DNA of 64,000 bases from assembly GCA_963771355.1 (NCBI GenBank), contig CAVYTA010000002.1, forward strand, positions 66,481 through 130,480, read 5' to 3'. Below the pieces are notes generated by a model. That model was given only the letters and a program-made list of their open reading frames with translations. It had not been told where the DNA came from and ran no database searches. Positions 20,659 to 30,243 of this stretch are shown piece after piece. Origin of the DNA: an uncultured Candidatus Rokubacteria bacterium (GTDB taxonomy: Bacteria > Methylomirabilota > Methylomirabilia > Rokubacteriales > CSP1-6). A program made the translations under genes and the position numbers. The first letter of the stretch is position 1, and every line of letters begins with the position of its first letter.

Positions 20659-21518
20659 CCTGGTTCGCGCTCGCCCTCGGCGCCGCCCTCCTGCAGGCGG
20701 CCCAGATCACCTTCGTCAAGGGCCAGGCCCGCGGCATCCCGCCGCTGATCATGGTGTTCTGGACGCAGGCGGTGGGCGTCGCCGGCTGGGCCCTCGGCAT
20801 CTGGCTCACCGGGACGGCGATCCACGTGCCGCCGCACATGTGGGGCTGGATCGCGCTCGCCGCGCTGTGCGCCGGGGCCTACTCCTATCTCCTCACGCGC
20901 GCGAGCAGCCGGGGGGACATCTCCATCGTGGGCCCGGTGCTGGCGCTGGCGCCGATCTTCTCCATCCTGCCGGACTGGTGGCTCACCGACACGCTGCCGC
21001 GCGGCGTCGGCTGGATCGGGGTGGGCCTCTCCGTCGTCGGCACCGCCGGGCTCAGCCGCACGCCGACCCGGCGCCTCGACCTCCGTGCCTTCTTCTCCCG
21101 GGGCGACGCCCTCGACGCCCTGGGCTCCGCCGTCTTCCTGGGCGTGCTGGCGGCCGTCGACCGGCGCAACGTGCTCGCCATGAGCGTGCCGTCCTACTTC
21201 GTCGTCGCCTACGCGGTACTCGCCGTCCCCCTCCTGTTGCTCGTCCTGGTCCACGCCCCCCGCGCGCTCGCCGACTCGCTGCGCCCCGCCCAGCTCGCGC
21301 GCGTTCTGGGCCACGCGCTGATCGTGCTCGCGGGCACTGCCTTGCAAGTCCTCGCTCTCGTCCTCGCGCCCGCCGCCTACGTCTCCTCCATCCGCCGCAC
21401 CTCGGCCGTCTTCACGGTGCTGCTGGGCAGCGCTCTCTTCAAGGAGGAGGGCCTGGCCGGACGGCTCGCCGCCGCGCTGCTGACCGTGCTCGGCGCGGTG
21501 TGCCTGGTGCTGGGGTAG
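20655..21518 (+). CDS. EamA/DMT family transporter (start uncertain, possibly CTG)
   Basis: About 10 TM helices, GDISIVGP, YVSSIRRTS..F..LLG..LFKE. Confidence 0.82.
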   Translation: MTWFALALGAALLQAAQITFVKGQARGIPPLIMVFWTQAVGVAGWALGIWLTGTAIHVPPHMWGWIALAALCAGAYSYLLTRASSRGDISIVGPVLALAPIFSILPDWWLTDTLPRGVGWIGVGLSVVGTAGLSRTPTRRLDLRAFFSRGDALDALGSAVFLGVLAAVDRRNVLAMSVPSYFVVAYAVLAVPLLLLVLVHAPRALADSLRPAQLARVLGHALIVLAGTALQVLALVLAPAAYVSSIRRTSAVFTVLLGSALFKEEGLAGRLAAALLTVLGAVCLVLG

Positions 21519-21649
21519 CCAGAGGCTCGGCTGCGGTTGCGTGGGGCCGGCCCTTCGCAGTACCCTGCCCGCGACCCGACGGACCGACCTATGGTCGGCA
21601 ATGTGTCCGCGGCCCCCGCCGCGACCACGTCACGTGACCCGGGGAGACG

Positions 21650-23599
21650 ATGAGCTCGAGACAGGTGCTGAAGAAGGTCATCCCGGTCGAGGACGCGGTC
21701 TCCGTGCTGCAGGACGGCGAGGTGCTCGCCACCTCCGGCTACGGTGGCCACGGGATGCCCGAGCAGCTCCTCGTCGCGCTGGAGCAGCGGTTCCTCGCCA
21801 CGGGTCGGCCGCGGGACCTCACGCTCATCCACGCCACCGGCCAGGGCGACGCCAGGGAGAAGGGACTCAATCTCCTCGCCCACGAGGGGCTGCTGCGCCG
21901 GGTGATCGGAGGCTACTACGGGCTCACCCCCAAGATCGGCCGGCTCGTCCAGGACAACAAGATCCAGGCCTACAACCTTCCCGAAGGCGTGATCACCAAC
22001 CTGTACCGCGACATCGCCGCCGGCAAGCCGGGCACCGTGTCCCGGGTGGGGCTCGGGACATTCGTCGATCCGCGGCTCGAGGGCGGCAAGATGAATCGCG
22101 CCACCGTCGAGGACCTGGTCGAGGTGATCGTGATCAATGGCGAGGAGTACCTCTTCTACAAGGCGCTGCCCATCAACGTGGCCTTCATTCGCGGCACCAC
22201 CGCCGATCCGGACGGCAACATCACGATGGAGAAGGAGGCCCTCCAGCTCGAGACGCTGGCGCTCGCCATCGCGGCACGGAATTCCCGCGGCTACGTGATC
22301 TGCCAGGTCGAGCGCATCGCCGCGGAGGGCTCGCTCGACTCTCGGCATGTGCGCCTGCCCGGCGTGCTCGTGGACGCGGTGGTCGTCGCCGAGCCCCAGT
22401 ACCACACCCAGACTTACGGGACGGCTGCCTACAACCCGGCCCTGTCGGGGGAAGTCCGCATTCCCGTGCAGACGGTACCGCCACTTCCCCTCGACGACCG
22501 GAAGGTCATCGCCCGGCGCGCGGCCATGGAGCTCCTCCCGAACAGCGTGGTGAACCTCGGCATCGGGCTCCCCGACGCGGTGGGCCGCGTGGCGAGCGAG
22601 GAGCGGATCTTCGATCTCATGACGCTCACCGTCGATCCCGGGGTGATGGGGGGCATTCCCGCCGGTGGCGAGGACTTCGGCGCCGCCATCAACTTCCAGG
22701 CCCTCATCGACCACTGCTCGCAGTTCGACTTCATCGATGGCGGCGGCCTCGACTGCGCCTTCCTCGGCTTCGCCGAGTGCGACCGCCTGGGCAATGTCAA
22801 CGCCAGCCGCTTCGCCGATCGCATCGCGGGATGTGGGGGCTTCATCAACATCACCCAGAACGCCAAGCGGCTGGTGTTCATGGGGAACTTCACCGCGGGC
22901 GGCGCGCAGTTCGCGGTGGAGGAGGGAAAGCTCCGGATCGTCCGGGAGGGCAAGGCGAGCAAGTTCGTGGAGCGGGTCGCGCAGGTCACGTTCAACGGTC
23001 CCGCCGCGGCGACGCGGGGCAAGGACGTCCTGTTCGTCACCGAGCGCTGCGTGTTCCGGCTGACCGGCGCGGGACTCGCGCTCAGCGAGGTCGCTCCCGG
23101 CATCGACATCGAGCGGGACATCCTGCGGCATCTCCCCTTCCGGCCGCTGGTGGAAGGCGTGACGGTGATGGACACCGCGCTCTTCGAATCGAAGCCGCTC
23201 GGTCTGCGGGACCGCATGCTCGATATCCACATCGACCAGCGCCTCGCCTACGATCCCGCGACCAATACGGTGTTCATGAACTACGCCGGCATGCGGGTGC
23301 GGAGCGTGGAGGACATCGACGCCATCATTGCCGCGGTGGACCGCCTGCTCGGCCCCCTGGGCAAGCGCGTCAACTCGATCGTCAACTACGAGGGGTTCTC
23401 CGTCGACGACGACGCGATGAATGCCTACATGGACGCGGTGAGGTACGTCGAGACGACGTACTACCTCAAGGTCTCGCGCTTCACCAACAGCGGCTTCCTG
23501 CGCCTCAAGCTCGGCAAGGAGCTCGGGAAGCGCGAGGTGTCCGCCCACGTCTTCCAGACGCGCCACGAGGCCGAGCGGAACCTCTCGAGTGGCCCGTAG
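21650..23599 (+). CDS. Family I acyl-CoA:acetate CoA-transferase (YdiF/Pct-like) with C-terminal extra domain
   Basis: AYNLPEG, VGLGTFVDPR, NLGIG, DGGGLD, GNVNAS, GCGGFINI, VTERCVF. Confidence 0.9.
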   Translation: MSSRQVLKKVIPVEDAVSVLQDGEVLATSGYGGHGMPEQLLVALEQRFLATGRPRDLTLIHATGQGDAREKGLNLLAHEGLLRRVIGGYYGLTPKIGRLVQDNKIQAYNLPEGVITNLYRDIAAGKPGTVSRVGLGTFVDPRLEGGKMNRATVEDLVEVIVINGEEYLFYKALPINVAFIRGTTADPDGNITMEKEALQLETLALAIAARNSRGYVICQVERIAAEGSLDSRHVRLPGVLVDAVVVAEPQYHTQTYGTAAYNPALSGEVRIPVQTVPPLPLDDRKVIARRAAMELLPNSVVNLGIGLPDAVGRVASEERIFDLMTLTVDPGVMGGIPAGGEDFGAAINFQALIDHCSQFDFIDGGGLDCAFLGFAECDRLGNVNASRFADRIAGCGGFINITQNAKRLVFMGNFTAGGAQFAVEEGKLRIVREGKASKFVERVAQVTFNGPAAATRGKDVLFVTERCVFRLTGAGLALSEVAPGIDIERDILRHLPFRPLVEGVTVMDTALFESKPLGLRDRMLDIHIDQRLAYDPATNTVFMNYAGMRVRSVEDIDAIIAAVDRLLGPLGKRVNSIVNYEGFSVDDDAMNAYMDAVRYVETTYYLKVSRFTNSGFLRLKLGKELGKREVSAHVFQTRHEAERNLSSGP

Positions 23600-23649
23600 T
23601 GGTTGCGAAGCAGGGACTGACCGAATGCTGTCGGGAGGACCACGCGTCA

Positions 23650-24672
23650 ATGCCTGATCACACTCGCCCGGGTCTCCCGTGGCTCATCACACGATTCGCG
23701 TTCATTGCTTTCGTGGCGATGGGCATCCTCTCGCTGCCGTTCCTCGCCGCCTCCCAGCCGACCCGGACGGTTTTTCGAGTCGGTCACCTGGCGGGGGGCG
23801 GGCGGACACCCGACGGGGCACCGCCGGGTCTGCTTCGCCAGGGTTTGCGGGAACTCGGCTATATCGAGGGCCAGAACATCACCTACGAGGCCCGCTTTGC
23901 TGAAGGCAAGATGGAGCGCCTTCCCGCCATGGCCTTGGAGCTCGTGCGGATCAAGGTCGACGTGATCGTGGCGCAAGGTGGGGCGGCGGCGGCGGCGGCG
24001 AAGCAGGCAACTTCGACCATTCCGATCGTCATGGCGCCGGCCGCCGGGGACGCCGTGGCCACCGGGTTGATCGCGAGCCTTGCGCGCCCGGGCCAGAACA
24101 TCACCGGGCTGACCGACGAGTCGATCCAGCTCAGCGCGAAGCGGATGGAGCTCCTCAAGGAAGCGGTGCCGAAGGCAGCGCGGATCGCCGTCGTCTGGAA
24201 CGCGACCGATCAGGGGATGACGCTGCGTTACCGTGAGATCGAGAAGGCGGCGCGGCTCCTCCACGTGGAGGTGCAGGCGCACGGCGTGCGCGAGCCCGAT
24301 GATTTCGAGGTCGCGTTCTCCGCGATGGCCCGGCAGCGTCCGGATGCCATGTTCTTGGTGGCGGATGTGATGACGATCATGAACCGCAAACGGTTCATCG
24401 AATTTGCGTCGACGCAGCGCATTCCCGCCATGTACGAGACCGACCTCCACGTCCGCGATGGCGGGCTGATGTCGTACGGGCCCAGCTCCGAGGACGATTT
24501 CCGTCAGGCTGCGCTCTATATCGATCGCATCCTCAAAGGCGCGAAACCGGCCGACTTGCCGGCGCAGCAGCCGGCGAGGTATTACCTCACCGTCAATCTC
24601 AAGACGGCGGCGGCGCTGGGACTGACGATCCCGCCCTCCCTGCTGCTCCGAGCAAACGACGTGATCCAGTAA
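23650..24672 (+). CDS. ABC transporter substrate-binding protein (ABC_sub_bind type)
   Basis: SLARPGQNITG, GGLMSYGP, KGAKPADLP, NLKTAAALGLTIPPSLL. Confidence 0.9.
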   Translation: MPDHTRPGLPWLITRFAFIAFVAMGILSLPFLAASQPTRTVFRVGHLAGGGRTPDGAPPGLLRQGLRELGYIEGQNITYEARFAEGKMERLPAMALELVRIKVDVIVAQGGAAAAAAKQATSTIPIVMAPAAGDAVATGLIASLARPGQNITGLTDESIQLSAKRMELLKEAVPKAARIAVVWNATDQGMTLRYREIEKAARLLHVEVQAHGVREPDDFEVAFSAMARQRPDAMFLVADVMTIMNRKRFIEFASTQRIPAMYETDLHVRDGGLMSYGPSSEDDFRQAALYIDRILKGAKPADLPAQQPARYYLTVNLKTAAALGLTIPPSLLLRANDVIQ

Positions 24673-24713
24673 GCGCGGTGAGCAGCCGGAGAGGCCGCGG
24701 CTGGGCAGCAGCC

Positions 24714-25523
24714 CTAGCGAACCACCCACGCCCCGATCTTCGCCACCACCTCGCCCTCGATCCCCGCATAGCCGTGGTGGGCGAAGGCCTCGCAGGGGTC
24801 GCCCTTGCTGGTGCCGCCGTCGAAGCTCAGGAGCTCCTTGCGCGGGGTGGCGGTGAGCCGGCCCATCAGGGCGTTGATGTCCGCGTAGCGGCACAGGGCA
24901 CAGCCGTCCAGCTTGTGGTGGACGACGAGGACCGGCACCTTGATCCGGTCGATGGGCATGTCCGGCACCGGGCGCCCGCGCGGGTCGGTGAGAATGCTGG
25001 AGGTCAGCACGATGCCGTCGGGCCCGCCGTCCGCGAGCGGCAGCGCGGTGGCGAGGCTCGCTGCGGATTGCGTGCCACGGCTCGTACCGACGAGCCAGAC
25101 CGGCACGCTCGCCTCCTTCCTCAGCCACGCGATCACCGCCTTGACGTCGGTGGCGTGCTCGCGAGTCTGACGGAAGCCGGAGAGATAGGGCGGGGTCTGG
25201 TGGTCCGATGGCGAGTCGAGCACGGCCACCAGGAGGCCTTGCTGGGCGAAAAGCGCGCGCGTGCGCACGAGGAAGTTCCCCTTGCCCCAGCCCATCTCGC
25301 CCTGCGGCGTGAGCATGAGGCCGCCGTGACCGCCTGCGAAGAGGATGACGGCCGCCTTCGGCTTCTCGGGGCCGAGCACCAGAATGCGCTGGGTGACGCC
25401 GGGGCGTGTGGGAATGTCGACCACGCGCTCGGTCTGCGCCCAGGCCGGCGCGGCCGCCATGCAGAGCAAGACGAGAACCGCGCGCACCAATCGCCCCACC
25501 ACGATACCTCCTGCCAGTGACAT
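24714..25523 (-). CDS. Secreted alpha/beta hydrolase
   Basis: GNFLVR, WLVGTSRG nucleophile elbow, DGC, HHGY. Confidence 0.85.
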   Translation of the reverse strand: MSLAGGIVVGRLVRAVLVLLCMAAAPAWAQTERVVDIPTRPGVTQRILVLGPEKPKAAVILFAGGHGGLMLTPQGEMGWGKGNFLVRTRALFAQQGLLVAVLDSPSDHQTPPYLSGFRQTREHATDVKAVIAWLRKEASVPVWLVGTSRGTQSAASLATALPLADGGPDGIVLTSSILTDPRGRPVPDMPIDRIKVPVLVVHHKLDGCALCRYADINALMGRLTATPRKELLSFDGGTSKGDPCEAFAHHGYAGIEGEVVAKIGAWVVR

Positions 25524-25592
25524 AATCCCCTCGGCGAGGTACTTATACCGCGTCCCGACCTGACCCCGCAGCACCTGCAAGGAGGCCGACCA

Positions 25593-26484
25593 ATGAAGTT
25601 CGGCGTGGTGATCCCGATCTGGCGGTTGACGATGGCGGATGCCGAGCGCATCACCCTGCGCGCGGAGGAGCTGGGCTGGGACGGCGTCTTCGTGCCCGAC
25701 CACATCATGGCCAAGCCGGCGACAACCCAGCACTACGGGCCGACCTGGCCGGACCCCTTCGCGCTCCTGGCTTTTCTCGCGGGGCGGACGCGGCGGATCC
25801 AGGTGGGGGCGAGCGTCATCGTGCTGCCCTACCGCAATCCCCTCGTCGCCGCGAAATCGGCGGCCACGGTCGATCAGGTCTCGGGGGGCCGCTTCATCTG
25901 CGGCATCGGCGTGGGCTGGGACGAGGCGGAGTTCAAGGACCTGGGCCTCCCCTTCCGCGAGCGCGGCGCCATGACGGATGAGTACCTCAAGATCATGAAG
26001 ACCGCGTGGGCGGCGGACGTGCCGGAGTACAAGGGGCGCTACATGAGCTTCAGCGGCGCCACCTTCTCGCCGCGGCCACGGCAGACCCCGAATCCGCCCA
26101 TCTGGGCGGGCGGCGCGCCGGGCGCGCTCTCGGCGCCCGCGATGCGGCGGGCGGCCACCCTCTGCGACGGCTGGCACCCGCTCGGGCTCGGCCTGGGCCG
26201 ATCTCGAAAAGGGCATGGCCACGGTGAAGGAGCTGGCCAAGAGCGCGGGCCGGTCCGCGGGCGCGGTGCGCATCTGCCCGCGCAATGGGCTCGCGCTGGG
26301 CGCCAAGGCCGGCGGGGAGCGCGCGCCCTACGAGGGTGCGCCCGATCAGGTGGCGGCGGACGTGAAGCGGGCGGCGGAGCTCGGCTGCGAGTGGCTCACC
26401 TTCGACATGCCGAAGGCGGACGTGCCGGGCATGCTCGCGGTGATGGAGCGCTTCGTGAAGGAGGTCAAACCGGCGGCGGCTTGA
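25593..26484 (+). CDS. LLM class oxidoreductase, +1 frameshift near 26196
   Basis: WDGVFVPDH...DGWHPL in one frame; C-terminus (GAPDQVAAD, MERFVKEVKP) in ORF 26215..26484. Confidence 0.85.
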
Positions 26485-26509
26485 AGGGGATCGGAGGTGG
26501 AGGTCACCG

Positions 26510-26866
26510 ATGATACTTGCCGCGCAGGCTGCCGTGGTGCTCGTGGCCCTGCTCCACTTCTATTTTCTCGTGCTGGAGATGTTCATCTGGGAGAAGCCCT
26601 ACGGACTGCGCACCTTCGGCAATACGCGGGAGCGCGCGGCGATCACGAAGGCGCTCGCCGCCAATCAGGGGCTTTACAACGGGTTCCTCGGCGCGGGGCT
26701 CCTGTGGGGTCTCAGCCTGGGGCCCGCGGGCCGGCACATCGTGATCTTCTTTCTCTGCTGCGTGGTGGTGGCGGGCGTCTTCGGCGCCCTCACCGCGAGC
26801 CGCAAGATCCTCTGGGTGCAGGCGGCGCCGGGGGCGATCGCGCTCCTGCTCGTGCTCTTTTCGTGA
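26510..26866 (+). CDS. DUF1304 membrane protein
   Basis: LHFYFLVLEM, LAANQGLYNGFL, VQA. Confidence 0.9.
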   Translation: MILAAQAAVVLVALLHFYFLVLEMFIWEKPYGLRTFGNTRERAAITKALAANQGLYNGFLGAGLLWGLSLGPAGRHIVIFFLCCVVVAGVFGALTASRKILWVQAAPGAIALLLVLFS

Positions 26867-26890
26867 GGCGGGCGCCGGCGCGGGTCCGCT

Positions 26891-27778
26891 TCAGGTCCGG
26901 GCGGCGCGCTCGGTCTCGGTGGTCAGCGTGAAGGAGCGGCGCGCCGCCGTCTGATTCTCGTAGATCGAGCCCTGATTGCGCGCGGGCGGCAACGGCAAGC
27001 GCACCGGCACCGGCGTCACGCGGGGCTCGATGGTCCCGCTCCCCGCCACCAGACGCTTGTCGAAGTCCTCGAGGGACGGCGCGTTGAGCAACGGCCAGGC
27101 GTCGGCGGCGGCATACTCGAAGAGCAGCAGCGACCGCGGCAGGCTCGAGACGTTCTGCGCGGAGCCGTGGAGCAGGCGCACGTGGTGGAAGGACATCGAG
27201 CCCGCGCGGCCGGTCATCGGCACCGCGCGCGCCACCTCATCCTTGACCGCCGCCGGATCCACCGCGCCGCAGAAGTAGCCGTCCGCGTGATGGTCGAAGA
27301 TGGGGCCCCGGTGGCTCCCGGGCACCACCATGAGGGGGCCGTTGTCGCTGGTGGCGTCGTCCAGCATGATGCCCACCGCCAGGATGTCGTCATTGGTGTG
27401 CGGGTAGAACGCCCAGTCCTGATGCCATTCCACCGGGGATCCGTACTTCGGCGACTTCATGTTGAGCTTGGAGCCGTGCAGCCGCACCCCCGGGCCGAGC
27501 AGGGCCTGGAGCACGGCGAGCAGGCGCGGATGGCGGGTGAGACGCTCGAATGCGGGCAAGAACTTGTGCGGAGTCTTGATGCGGCGCACACGCGGATCAT
27601 CGGCGCGATGGCCGGGCTCGAGGTCGTAAACGTCCGTATGCGAGGTCACCGCGCGCGCACCCTCGAGGATCACCGCCAGGTCGCGGCGCAGGACGCCGAG
27701 CGTCTCCGGCTCGAGCACGTCGGGGACGACGAGATAGCCTTGCTCACGGTAGAACGCCACGTCGCGCTCACTGATCAT
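26891..27778 (-). CDS. Phytanoyl-CoA dioxygenase (PhyH) family Fe(II)/2OG dioxygenase
   Basis: WHQD, NGPL..VPGSH, LHGS..N. Confidence 0.92.
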   Translation of the reverse strand: MISERDVAFYREQGYLVVPDVLEPETLGVLRRDLAVILEGARAVTSHTDVYDLEPGHRADDPRVRRIKTPHKFLPAFERLTRHPRLLAVLQALLGPGVRLHGSKLNMKSPKYGSPVEWHQDWAFYPHTNDDILAVGIMLDDATSDNGPLMVVPGSHRGPIFDHHADGYFCGAVDPAAVKDEVARAVPMTGRAGSMSFHHVRLLHGSAQNVSSLPRSLLLFEYAAADAWPLLNAPSLEDFDKRLVAGSGTIEPRVTPVPVRLPLPPARNQGSIYENQTAARRSFTLTTETERAART

Positions 27779-27946
27779 CGGGGTCTCCCGGGCGGTTCGC
27801 CATGCCGAATGCGTCGCGCTTCTGCTTCCAGCGTACCATGCCGGGCCGAACCGGGCGCTTGACAGGCCGCCGCCGCTGACCGACATTCAAGGCGCACCGA
27901 TGGTCCCAGGCACGCCATGATCAACGCAGATCAAGGGAGACCCACC

Positions 27947-29299
27947 ATGCCGTCTCGCCACCTCAGCCGCCGCACCGTCCTCGCCGGCGCCCTCGGCGCC
28001 TCCGCCGCCCTGGCCCTGCCCCGCCTCGGCTTCCCGGCGGTGAAGAAGGGCACCAGCCTCCGGCTCTGGATCCTCAAGACCTATGTGGAGCCGACCAACA
28101 AGGCCATCGAGGCGAGCGCCCAGCGCTGGGCGCAGAAGCACGGCGCCGCGGTGACCGTCGAGTACTTCACCTTCGAAGACATGCAGACCAAGTACGTGGC
28201 GGCGATCGAGAGCAACAGCACGCCGGACGTAGGGCAGCTCGAGACGAGCGCGCCCTCGCGCTTCGCCGGCATGGGCCAGCTCCTCGACCTCACCTCCTTC
28301 TCGAAGCAGATCGAGAGCCAGGCGGGCAAGGCGCCCGCCAACGTGGCGCCGGTGACCATGATGGACGGGAAGGTGTACTCGATCCCGTGGTATGTCATGG
28401 GCGCCTTCTGGTACGTGTGGCGCGACGTGTTCGAGAAGGCCAAGGTCAAGCTCCCCAGCAGCTTCGCCGAGGCCAAGGAAGCGGCGCAGGCGCTGACCCG
28501 GCCCAAGGACAACTTCTACGGGATGGGGCAAAGCTGGAACCGCACCGCCGACGGCTACGGCGTCATGCAGAGCCTGATGTACTCCCACGGCGTGGGCTGG
28601 GCGGGCAAGGATGGCAAGTACAAGTCCATCAAGACCCCCCAGATGCAGACGGTCATGAAGTGGGCCACCGACATCTACACGAACCAGCTCCAGCCCGCCG
28701 ACACCCTGACCTGGACGGGCTCGGGCAACAACGAGAACTTCATCGCCAAGAACATCGCGCAGACCTCCAACGGCCCCAGTATCACCTTCGCCATGGAGAA
28801 CGCGGTGGCCAAGGCCACCGACGCCAAGGACAAGAAGATGAAGGAGGACGCGCTCGCGAATCACGTGGCCCTGCCACACCTGGGCGGGCCGGACGGGCGC
28901 CGCATGCAGGCCATCGCGATGTCCATGGGCGTCTTCAAGGGCAGCAAGGACCCGGAGGCCGCCATGAGTCTGATCGCCCATCTCGTCTCCCCCGAGGAGA
29001 CGGTGATGGTGATGAAGGATTCCTACGGCCAGTTCGCACCGGTGCTGGAGAAGGCCAAGACCGCCTCCAAGGACTACTTCAACAAGAATGACAACTACCG
29101 GACGTTCGGGCGCGCGGCGGAGTGGTTCGCGCCCACCGGCTGGCCCGGGCCCGTCACGGCGGCGGCGGCGGAGGTGCAGGCGAGCAACCTCCTCACCGAC
29201 GCGCCCGCCAAGGTGATCGTGGACAAGTGGTCCGTGGATCAGGCCATCGAGTGGGAAGACAAGAAGATCAAAGAAATCTACGATACCCTTCGCGCGTGA
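27947..29299 (+). CDS. Carbohydrate ABC transporter substrate-binding protein (Tat signal)
   Basis: SRRTVL Tat motif, DGKVYSIPW; precedes two permeases. Confidence 0.9.
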   Translation: MPSRHLSRRTVLAGALGASAALALPRLGFPAVKKGTSLRLWILKTYVEPTNKAIEASAQRWAQKHGAAVTVEYFTFEDMQTKYVAAIESNSTPDVGQLETSAPSRFAGMGQLLDLTSFSKQIESQAGKAPANVAPVTMMDGKVYSIPWYVMGAFWYVWRDVFEKAKVKLPSSFAEAKEAAQALTRPKDNFYGMGQSWNRTADGYGVMQSLMYSHGVGWAGKDGKYKSIKTPQMQTVMKWATDIYTNQLQPADTLTWTGSGNNENFIAKNIAQTSNGPSITFAMENAVAKATDAKDKKMKEDALANHVALPHLGGPDGRRMQAIAMSMGVFKGSKDPEAAMSLIAHLVSPEETVMVMKDSYGQFAPVLEKAKTASKDYFNKNDNYRTFGRAAEWFAPTGWPGPVTAAAAEVQASNLLTDAPAKVIVDKWSVDQAIEWEDKKIKEIYDTLRA

Positions 29300-30243
29300 C
29301 GCGGGACGCGGGAGCGCTCGCCCTGGGCGCTCCCGCGCCGCGCCGTCGCCGGCGCGGCCGCCAGCGGAATCGCGACCTCGGCACCGCCGCCCTCTTCCTC
29401 CTCCCGCTCTTCGTCCTGGTGCTGGGGCTGATCTTCTACCCCTTCTACCGGGCGGTGTGGCTGTCCTTCACCGACAAGCTCGTGGGCTATCCCGAGCGCT
29501 TCGTGGGCCTCCGGAACTACGAGTACCTGGCCCAGGACGATGCCTTCCATCAGGTCATCCGCAACAGCTTCGTCTTCACCGTGGTGTCGGTGGGGCTCAA
29601 GATCGTGACCGGGATCGGAATGGCCCTCGTCCTCAACAGCATCATCCGCGGGCGCAACTTCTTTCGCGGCCTCTTCCTCCTGCCGTGGATCACCTCCACC
29701 GTCATCATCGCGCTCACCTGGCGCTGGATGTTCGACGCCTTCCCCGGGCGTGGCTTCTTCAACAGCGTGCTGCTGGACACGGGCATCCTCAAGCAGCCCA
29801 TCGCCTTCATGGCCACGCCCGAGGGCGCCATGATGGCGGTGATCGTCGCCAACTGGTGGCGGGGCTTTCCCTTCTTCGGCGTGTCCTTCCTGGCCGGGAT
29901 GGCCAGCATCCCGCGCGAGACCTACGAGGCGGCCTCGGTGGACGGGGCCGGCGCCGGGCGGCGCTTCTGGCACATCACCCTGCCCGGGCTCAAGCACGTG
30001 ATCATCGTGACCACCCTGCTCTCCTTCATCATGACCATCAACGACTTCAACATCATCTATGTCATGACCCGCGGCGGGCCGGGCTCCGCCACCCAGGTGT
30101 TCGCGACCTACTCCTACCAGGTGGCCTTCCAGCAATTGCGCTGGGGCCGCGGCGTGACCATCTCCATCTTCCTGGTGCCGCTGCTGGTGGTGGGGATCGC
30201 CCTGATCAGTCGCTATCTCCTGCGCGAGGGGCGGGGCAAATGA
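29296..30243 (+). CDS. Carbohydrate ABC transporter permease
   Basis: FVGLRNY, YEAASVDGA..RF.HITLP, TRGGPG. Confidence 0.92.
   Translation: MTRDAGALALGAPAPRRRRRGRQRNRDLGTAALFLLPLFVLVLGLIFYPFYRAVWLSFTDKLVGYPERFVGLRNYEYLAQDDAFHQVIRNSFVFTVVSVGLKIVTGIGMALVLNSIIRGRNFFRGLFLLPWITSTVIIALTWRWMFDAFPGRGFFNSVLLDTGILKQPIAFMATPEGAMMAVIVANWWRGFPFFGVSFLAGMASIPRETYEAASVDGAGAGRRFWHITLPGLKHVIIVTTLLSFIMTINDFNIIYVMTRGGPGSATQVFATYSYQVAFQQLRWGRGVTISIFLVPLLVVGIALISRYLLREGRGK

Noticed and set aside
21541..24672. 1043-aa ORF
   Set aside because: The first 703 aa are an off-frame shadow of the CoA-transferase; only 23650..24672 is a real gene
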